Shown: positions 57,908-64,000 of the stretch, piece after piece
How positions within the stretch are numbered: position 1 is the stretch's first letter
Layout of the letters: every line of letters starts with the position of its first letter
Source of the DNA: a virus
DNA: 64,000 nucleotides
Strand: one strand, 5' to 3'
Virus record (IMG/VR): IMGVR_UViG_3300037225_001468
Location: 32,001-96,000 of that record
The notes under the pieces: generated by a model
The model's input: the letters and a program-made list of their open reading frames with translations, nothing else
Database searches by the model: none
Told to the model about the DNA's origin: nothing
Position numbers and translations under genes: made by a program

Positions 57908-57936
57908 TTGACATTTTTAATAACTTTTGATATAAT
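57908..57936 (+). promoter_or_regulatory. perfect-consensus sigma70 promoter
   Basis: TTGACA(57908-57913)-N17-TATAAT(57931-57936), then AAGGAG and ATG 57961. Confidence 0.85.
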
Positions 57937-57960
57937 AGAGTAATCCTCAAGGAGAGAATA

Positions 57961-58353
57961 ATGAAATTTGAAGATATTGTAAAAGATATTTGTGGAAATG
58001 AGTGGCAAGAAGATATAGACAGTAAAAATGGAGGATATGCTATTGCTATGATATTGTCTTTTATGACAGGACAATCTCCTACTTTAAGTGATTTATCAAA
58101 AGACATTGGAATTGACAGAGAAGAATTGGATGAAGTTTATCAGAGGCTTTTGACGACGGGTATGTTTTCTAAAAATTTTGATGCTAAAAGTGATTTAGAA
58201 TTACTTGGAAAAGATTTTAGTAAAACTTCTAAAATAAATAAAAATAATAAATTATGGACAAAAAATAGCGCATATCGTAATGCTTGGTGTCATATAGCAG
58301 GAATAGGTTCAGGTTATATTGATCGTAATATAGATAAGAAGAAAATGAAATGA
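57961..58353 (+). CDS. hypothetical protein, possible winged HTH
   Basis: PTLSDLSKDIGIDREEL...RLLTTG. Confidence 0.6.
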   Translation: MKFEDIVKDICGNEWQEDIDSKNGGYAIAMILSFMTGQSPTLSDLSKDIGIDREELDEVYQRLLTTGMFSKNFDAKSDLELLGKDFSKTSKINKNNKLWTKNSAYRNAWCHIAGIGSGYIDRNIDKKKMK

Positions 58354-58452
58354 ATAAAATAATTATATTCCTAATGAATAATCAAATGTTTTTATGTGAA
58401 TTTTTAATAAATTTTATTATTATAAATAGTATAAATTGAAAAGGAGAAAACT

Positions 58453-58764
58453 GTGTTACAAACAGATAAGTCTCATAAATTAGTTCTCGCTACTGAATTT
58501 CAATTATACTGGAATGATATTGGACAATTTTTGAATAAATACGGAAAATATATTGAAAGTTTTTCAATGAATACTAAAGATTATTTGTGTCATGTAGCTA
58601 TGTTGGTATATCCAGCCACAAAGAGAAAAACATTTCGAGAAGAAGTTTTAAGATTAATGGATGAAGTAAATAATGATAAAGATTTGAAACTTGGTATTTT
58701 GGGAATGAAGAAAAGAAAAGAAAGAAACAGATATTTTTGGGATTTTATTTTGTATATTAAATAA
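58453..58764 (+). CDS. hypothetical protein
   Basis: AAGGAG SD, GTG start. Confidence 0.6.
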   Translation: MLQTDKSHKLVLATEFQLYWNDIGQFLNKYGKYIESFSMNTKDYLCHVAMLVYPATKRKTFREEVLRLMDEVNNDKDLKLGILGMKKRKERNRYFWDFILYIK

Positions 58765-58772
58765 GGAAACTT

Positions 58773-60761
58773 ATGGCTAAATATTTAGTAATAATAGAAG
58801 CACCTGGTAAAATAAAGAAAATACAATCATTTTTAGGATCCGAGTTTGAAGTGGTGGCGACGAAGGGCCATATAAAAGATTTGCCAGAAAAAGAACTTGG
58901 CATAGATATAAAAAATGATTTTACTCCTACATATGAAGTGTATAGCGATAAAAAATCATTAGCAGAAAGTATTACATCTAAAGCAAAGAAAAGTGATATT
59001 GTTTATTTATTTACCGACTTAGATCGAGAAGGCGAGCAAATTGCTAATTTGGTATCTACACTTTTACCAAAAGGGACTGTCTATAAACGTATAAAATCAA
59101 ACTCTATTACTAAAGAAGCTGTTCTTAAAGCAATGGATAATGCTGGTGATATAGATGAAGATTTAGTAAATGCGGCAGAAACACGTAGATTGATTGATCG
59201 TTTAGTTGGCTATAAGTCTTCTTATGTAGTAAAACAATCAACTGGAGGTATATCGGCCGGAAGAACACAGAGTGCTGGGTTAAGGATTTTAGCAGAGTTA
59301 GAAAAACTAATAAAAGATTTCGTTCCAGTTATTTATTGGCCTATTGAAGCTGAACTTTTGACAGAGAAAAAAGAAAAGATTATCGCAATAATAAAATCTC
59401 CTAAACCTTTAGATATATCAACTAAAGAAGAGGCAGATAAAATTATTGCTATATTCAAAAAGGGTCCAATAAAAGTTTCTTCTTATGATGTTAAAAATGT
59501 TTCTGTGAAACCATATGGACCTTTTACTACGTCATCTTTACAGCAGGCGGCTTCGAGTATATTAGGATTTAGTCCTGATAAAACAATGAGTGTTGCTCAG
59601 TCTTTATATCAGGCTGGAACAATAACTTATCACAGAACTGACTCAACTAATATAATACCAGAAATGATATCCAATATACGTTCTTATATTAGTGATAACT
59701 TTGACAAGAAGTATTTGCCAAATAAGGCAAACATTTATGCTTCTAAAGTAAAGAATGCTCAAGAAGCTCATGAGGCAATAAGACCAACTGACATTTCGAT
59801 TAAAGAATGTTCTGGATCGGGATATGATGAAGCAAAACTTTACAAATTGATATGGCAAAGAACTATTGCTTATCAAATGAGCAATGCTGAATACGAAAGA
59901 AGAAGTGTAGAGTTTTCTTGTGATAAATATGTTTTATCAGCAAATGGTAGTAAAGAATTGTTTGATGGTTTTAGGAAGGTTTGGGATTACAGTAGCTCAG
60001 AAGACAAGTTTTTGCCTGATTTGAAGGTCGGAGATATTGTTTACGGGTTAGAGTTTAAGACAGAAGAAAGACAAACAAGTCCTCCTTCGAGATATTCTGA
60101 AGCTTCTTTTATTAAAGAATTGGAGAATAGAGGAATAGGAAGACCTGCTACCTTTGCGTCTATTCCAAAAACTCTTAAAGATAGGACTTATATTGATATT
60201 AAAAATAAATCTATTTTAGTGACCGATTTAGGAATGAAAGTGAATGAATTTTTAGTGACTTCTAAGTTTTGTTTTGTAGATTTAGATTTTACACAGCAAA
60301 TGGAAGAGAAATTAGATGAAATATCTAATGGAAAACTGGCAAAACTTAGTGTATTGACTGAATTTTGGACAAGATTAAAATCAGATTTAGATAATGCTAA
60401 GATAGTGAAGAACCAAGCGAGTATAACTAACTTTGATTGTCCAAAATGTAAAGCCAAGTTGGTGAAAAAACATTCTAAATTTGGTCCGTTTTTAGGATGT
60501 TCGAATTACGGAAACAAAGAGCATCCATGTGATTATGTTGCCAAAATAGATAAAGAAGGTAATCCGGTAGAAAAAACAGAAGAAAAGAAAGAAGTTGAAT
60601 ATAGTAATTTTAAGTGTGAAAATTGTGATGAAAAATTGATTGTAAGACAGGGTAAGAAAGGAAAATACTTAGGATGTAAAAACTTTTATAAAGAAAAAAA
60701 ATGTTGTGGTTTTTATGATGCTACAACTGGTGAAAAATTTGTTTTCAAAAAGAAAAAATAA
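58773..60761 (+). CDS. topA: type IA DNA topoisomerase I with C-terminal zinc ribbons
   Basis: LVIIEAPGK, GHIKDL, TDLDREGE, SAGRTQS, catalytic ITYHRTD, AQEAHEAIRPT, GIGRPAT, two C4 ribbons. Confidence 0.95.
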   Translation: MAKYLVIIEAPGKIKKIQSFLGSEFEVVATKGHIKDLPEKELGIDIKNDFTPTYEVYSDKKSLAESITSKAKKSDIVYLFTDLDREGEQIANLVSTLLPKGTVYKRIKSNSITKEAVLKAMDNAGDIDEDLVNAAETRRLIDRLVGYKSSYVVKQSTGGISAGRTQSAGLRILAELEKLIKDFVPVIYWPIEAELLTEKKEKIIAIIKSPKPLDISTKEEADKIIAIFKKGPIKVSSYDVKNVSVKPYGPFTTSSLQQAASSILGFSPDKTMSVAQSLYQAGTITYHRTDSTNIIPEMISNIRSYISDNFDKKYLPNKANIYASKVKNAQEAHEAIRPTDISIKECSGSGYDEAKLYKLIWQRTIAYQMSNAEYERRSVEFSCDKYVLSANGSKELFDGFRKVWDYSSSEDKFLPDLKVGDIVYGLEFKTEERQTSPPSRYSEASFIKELENRGIGRPATFASIPKTLKDRTYIDIKNKSILVTDLGMKVNEFLVTSKFCFVDLDFTQQMEEKLDEISNGKLAKLSVLTEFWTRLKSDLDNAKIVKNQASITNFDCPKCKAKLVKKHSKFGPFLGCSNYGNKEHPCDYVAKIDKEGNPVEKTEEKKEVEYSNFKCENCDEKLIVRQGKKGKYLGCKNFYKEKKCCGFYDATTGEKFVFKKKK

Positions 60762-62053
60762 TGGCAGATATAAAATACATAAAAAATGATGAGGAAAAAA
60801 GTATTGGATGGACTGCCTATGAACTTTATGATAAAAATATAATATCAAATAATACTTTATTGAATGGCTTGGGTATAGATTTTGATAAAGAAATGTCAAA
60901 AATGAAAGAAGAACAAAATAACTTAAAAGAGATATCACCTGTTGATTTAGACTGGGACGATCCAGCTATAAAACAGGTATTGAGCACAAATCCAAGTTTT
61001 CAATATGCGAAAAAAGTAGAAGAATGTATGAATGAATTAGTGAAAATGGGTAAAAATGATATTGAAGAAGAACTTAAAAATGAACTTTTAATAAATGGAC
61101 CAAATTATAATGGCGATTTATACACTTCTAATCCATATAATGTAAAGGTTGTAAATATAGGATCTGTTGGCAATAATAATGGGGGTGATTCTTTTGAGGA
61201 AAACCAACAGTCTAAATATTTTACATCAACACACTCTCCTGTCTCTTCTTGGAACATTGTAAGTCCAGCATTAAAGGATAAGGCTCAAAAGGCTCAGGGA
61301 ATAAAAGAAAAAAGTAAAGATATTTATATTTACAAAGACGCTTTAAGTATAATAAAAAATATAAATGATGAATTTTCTTCGGTATCTAAGTGGGCATCTT
61401 TATTTATTTTGTCTAAAAATAAAGGCAAACAATATGTATTAAACTGTCTAAAAAGTTTACCCACTTTTTATATAAGTTTAATGAATAATACTTATGGTAA
61501 TAATATTGTAGAAATAATGGCAAATTGGAAAAACAATGCTCCTCTTGTTGATGAAATAAGTCCTGATTTATTAGGAGACGAAAAGAATGCCTCGGAATGC
61601 TGGGAAAAAATAAATCAGAAAATTACTAATAATTCTATTTCTAATTCTTTAGGAAATATTAAATATGAAACTATAAGAGGAGATTATCCTACTAAAATAA
61701 GTTTTATACTTATAGATCCTGTTCAAATAAATATGTATGATTGGGGTTTTTACATAATTACAGAAACTTTTAATGATGTTATATTTATTAAAGATAAATT
61801 TTTAAGAAATCCTTTACCTAATGGACAGTTATATGATAATTCTCATCTTGATGAAGCTATAAGGAGTTGTTTGGGAAAAGAATTTGAAATACCAGAAGAA
61901 ATTTCAAGTGTTGAATTTCTAAAATCTATGTGGAGAAAAAAACCAGAAAACTTTGAAGAAACAGAAAAAGAAGTAGATAAAATATTGTTTGGAGATTTTG
62001 AAGAGAAAGAAGTAGATATAGGACAGAATAAATATAATCATTTAGACATATAA
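60761..62053 (+). CDS. hypothetical protein
   Basis: long ORF, TAATG coupling; ends KYNHLDI. Confidence 0.75.
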   Translation: MADIKYIKNDEEKSIGWTAYELYDKNIISNNTLLNGLGIDFDKEMSKMKEEQNNLKEISPVDLDWDDPAIKQVLSTNPSFQYAKKVEECMNELVKMGKNDIEEELKNELLINGPNYNGDLYTSNPYNVKVVNIGSVGNNNGGDSFEENQQSKYFTSTHSPVSSWNIVSPALKDKAQKAQGIKEKSKDIYIYKDALSIIKNINDEFSSVSKWASLFILSKNKGKQYVLNCLKSLPTFYISLMNNTYGNNIVEIMANWKNNAPLVDEISPDLLGDEKNASECWEKINQKITNNSISNSLGNIKYETIRGDYPTKISFILIDPVQINMYDWGFYIITETFNDVIFIKDKFLRNPLPNGQLYDNSHLDEAIRSCLGKEFEIPEEISSVEFLKSMWRKKPENFEETEKEVDKILFGDFEEKEVDIGQNKYNHLDI

Positions 62054-62067
62054 AAGAAGTTAAAATT

Positions 62068-62640
62068 ATGAAAAATGTATTGAAGCATTCAATTTGTTAT
62101 TTAATTGGTCCTATAGATAATGCTAAAGATCAGGGGAAAGAGTGGAGAAAAGATGTTAAAGAAAATCTTAAAGATTTAGGTATAATTTTTTTAGATCCAA
62201 CAAATAAATTACAAGGATTGGCTAAAGAGGTAGATAACGAACAAAATAAAATAAAAACATATAAAAAATATAAAAAATGGAATATTTTGTCAAAAATGAT
62301 GAAAAAAGTTGTAAGGGGGGATCTTCGGTCGATAGACTATGCTGATTTCGTAATAATGTATGTAAATACAGATATACATATGTGTGGTTCTTATCACGAA
62401 ATGACCGTTGCTATAAATCAAAAAAAACCAGTATTACTTGTGATAAAAGGAGGGAAAAAGATGGCGTCAAGTTGGCTATTTGGCGTGTGTGACCACAAAT
62501 ATATGTATGATAATTTCGATGAACTGTTTTTATATTTAAAAAAAATAAATAATGGTAAAGAAAAACTAAATGATAGATGGGTTCTTATTAGAAAACAAAT
62601 ACAAGAAAAAACAGAAGACTTGAAAAGTGGTAGATTTTAG
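62068..62640 (+). CDS. nucleoside 2-deoxyribosyltransferase-like protein
   Basis: YLIGPI, WR, LDP, DLRSIDYAD, GSYHE, KKPV. Confidence 0.75.
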   Translation: MKNVLKHSICYLIGPIDNAKDQGKEWRKDVKENLKDLGIIFLDPTNKLQGLAKEVDNEQNKIKTYKKYKKWNILSKMMKKVVRGDLRSIDYADFVIMYVNTDIHMCGSYHEMTVAINQKKPVLLVIKGGKKMASSWLFGVCDHKYMYDNFDELFLYLKKINNGKEKLNDRWVLIRKQIQEKTEDLKSGRF

Positions 62641-62648
62641 CATATAAT
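62620..62648 (+). promoter_or_regulatory. putative sigma70 promoter
   Basis: TTGAAA-N17-TATAAT, followed by GAAAGGA SD. Confidence 0.6.
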
Positions 62649-62680
62649 ATGATAATCTTAAATGAAAGGATGAAATTAAA

Positions 62681-63124
62681 ATGGCTCAGACAAAACCAGA
62701 ATACGCAGAATGCACTGAATTCGGTAATTATGCTTCTCAGTTAGTTAGTAAGTTTCCAGAAGTTTTTGGAGCTTTAGATGTTTCTAAGGTAAAATGTGTT
62801 GCTATTACAAATAAAGATCGTTCTGAAAAGAAAAATCTTTGGGAAGTAAAGGCAGTTCCATATCCTATTAGAATGGATTGTCCGTATGCTTATTATGTGG
62901 TAATCTTTATGAAAGATTGGACGGAAATGGATGAGTCTCATAAGGCAGCATTAGTTGCTGAAACTCTTCATGCCATTCCTTCGTCTGAAGATGAAGAGGG
63001 CAAGACAAATCCGTTTGATCTTAAGGATTATGGTAATATGATTAGAACACTTGGTGTTGATTATATGGAAAAAGATGGTATTCCTAATCTTATTAAAGAT
63101 GATGTTAAGTGGGTGTTGAGATAA
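62681..63124 (+). CDS. putative phage metallopeptidase-like protein (degenerate HExxH)
   Basis: YYVVIF..DW..M.....ALVAETLHAI...PFDL.DY. Confidence 0.55.
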   Translation: MAQTKPEYAECTEFGNYASQLVSKFPEVFGALDVSKVKCVAITNKDRSEKKNLWEVKAVPYPIRMDCPYAYYVVIFMKDWTEMDESHKAALVAETLHAIPSSEDEEGKTNPFDLKDYGNMIRTLGVDYMEKDGIPNLIKDDVKWVLR

Positions 63125-63148
63125 TACTTCTTTTTCGCTCAAAAATAA

Positions 63149-63174
63149 TAAAATATATTAAAAAATGTCGATAA
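63149..63174 (+). promoter_or_regulatory. putative sigma28-like promoter
   Basis: TAAA-N14-GTCGATAA in the intergenic gap before AAGGAG and ATG 63208. Confidence 0.45.
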
Positions 63175-63207
63175 TAGTCTTATATTAGACTATAAGGAGA
63201 AATAATT

Positions 63208-63669
63208 ATGTTTCAATTAGTATCAGAAGATGAGTATGGCACAAGAAATATAGTAGCATCAGGTAAGGATGTTGGTAAATTAGTTCAACAAGCAAAAAAG
63301 TTTGTTTGTGAAGCAAATCTTAATAACGCTTTAACGGCAGAAGAACAAAAGAAAAACTTTGAAGAGTATTTTCCCGTTTTTATTGATGAAGATGGAAAAG
63401 AAACAGATCAAGTAGTTTATGCTGGAAAGAAAGGAACAAGCACAAGATTAGTTTATGTATTTACAGAAAATACTGAAGGTCAAGAAGTTGAGATTGATAG
63501 TGTTGAAGGTGTTGAAATAAGATTTTTTATTGGTGAATTCCTGAAAGATAAGAAGAAGAACGTTGTAGATACTTATTATGCTGAAGATTATAAGAGTAAA
63601 GTTATAGATACTTTTAAGAGTGATTTCATTAAAGATAAAACATCTTATTTTATAAGAAAAAATAAATAA
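63208..63669 (+). CDS. hypothetical protein
   Basis: AAGGAG SD. Confidence 0.7.
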   Translation: MFQLVSEDEYGTRNIVASGKDVGKLVQQAKKFVCEANLNNALTAEEQKKNFEEYFPVFIDEDGKETDQVVYAGKKGTSTRLVYVFTENTEGQEVEIDSVEGVEIRFFIGEFLKDKKKNVVDTYYAEDYKSKVIDTFKSDFIKDKTSYFIRKNK

Positions 63670-63690
63670 ACTTATTTTAGGAGTTTAGTT

Positions 63691-64000
63691 GTGAAAAGTA
63701 AAACATTTACTGAAGTAAAAAGAAGTAATAATCCAGAACAAAAGTTTTCAACTGGAGCAAAACGGGATTCTCAAGAAGGAAAGGGAAGATTTGATTTATT
63801 ACCAGTTCATGCTATAACTCGACTTGCTAAGCATTTTGAGAATGGAGCAAAAAGATATGGTGATGATAATTGGCGTAAGGGTATTCCTTTAAGAAGATAT
63901 CTTGACTCGATGTTGAGACATGCTTTTAAGTTTACTGGTGGAGCAGACGGGGAAGATCATTTAGCCGCCTGTGCGTGGAACGCTTTATGTCTTTTGGAAA
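63691..64000 (+). CDS. dATP/dGTP diphosphohydrolase domain (DUF5664-like) protein, cut by the window end
   Basis: not in ORF track; manual translation from GTG 63691 gives FSTGAKRD..EGKGRFDLLP...GAKRYGDDNWRKGIP...SMLRH...EDHLAACAWNAL. Confidence 0.85.
   Translation, partial: MKSKTFTEVKRSNNPEQKFSTGAKRDSQEGKGRFDLLPVHAITRLAKHFENGAKRYGDDNWRKGIPLRRYLDSMLRHAFKFTGGADGEDHLAACAWNALCLLE

Noticed and set aside
58354-58452. Extremely AT-rich gap with TATAAATA as a possible origin or T4-like late promoter
   Set aside because: No iterons or DnaA boxes seen; the motif is expected by chance at this AT content
532-63142. Numerous 60-200 aa minus-strand ORFs (e.g. 12207-12746, 13140-13733) and the + strand ORF 42632-42862
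   Set aside because: They lie within well-supported genes, have no motifs and show shadow-ORF composition; only neuB and 42916-43650 were accepted on the - strand
1-64000. Alternative genetic code (TAG or TGA recoding, as in some large phages)
   Set aside because: Conserved genes are full length in code 11, and TAA, TGA and TAG all occur at sensible gene ends
1-64000. tRNA, rRNA or Rho-independent terminators
   Set aside because: Intergenic gaps are short and AT-rich; no cloverleaf or GC-rich stem with a U-tract was recognised by eye

Overview
Very AT-rich (judged by eye, not computed), gene-dense window in which almost every gene lies on the + strand; only two credible genes are on the - strand. 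The content fits a large (jumbo/huge) bacteriophage or similar large mobile replicon rather than a cellular chromosome. It carries divergent bacterial-type replication and repair genes (DnaC-like, DnaB, split DnaG, split DnaE, SSB-like, RecA, Cas4-like, UvrD, TopA), auxiliary genes (ClpP, peptide deformylase, SpoVS), phage-type families (DUF1653, DUF1257, DUF5664-like, LAGLIDADG endonuclease) and many orphans. No virion genes were recognised, so the phage call is an inference. Layout: 1-22 kb replication/recombination module; 22-33 kb mixed region with a dispersed nonulosonic-acid pathway and a homing endonuclease cassette; 33-57.6 kb a glycan-biosynthesis island of about 30 genes; 57.6-64 kb TopA and nucleotide-metabolism genes. 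Main observations: (1) an intein-less two-piece DnaE with an intact clpP in the split and a decayed duplicate palm segment; (2) a C-terminal [FY]xx[LI][DE][ILFV] tag on at least 7 unrelated proteins, including the AAA+ ATPase; (3) a primase split into zinc-finger and TOPRIM genes 11 kb apart; (4) a LAGLIDADG cassette flanked by a 51-bp recoded repeat that points to an ATT start codon; (5) sigma28-like CGATA promoter motifs, including a symmetric divergent leaderless pair. No tRNA, rRNA or CRISPR array was seen. Family assignments come from motif recognition only; no database was searched.
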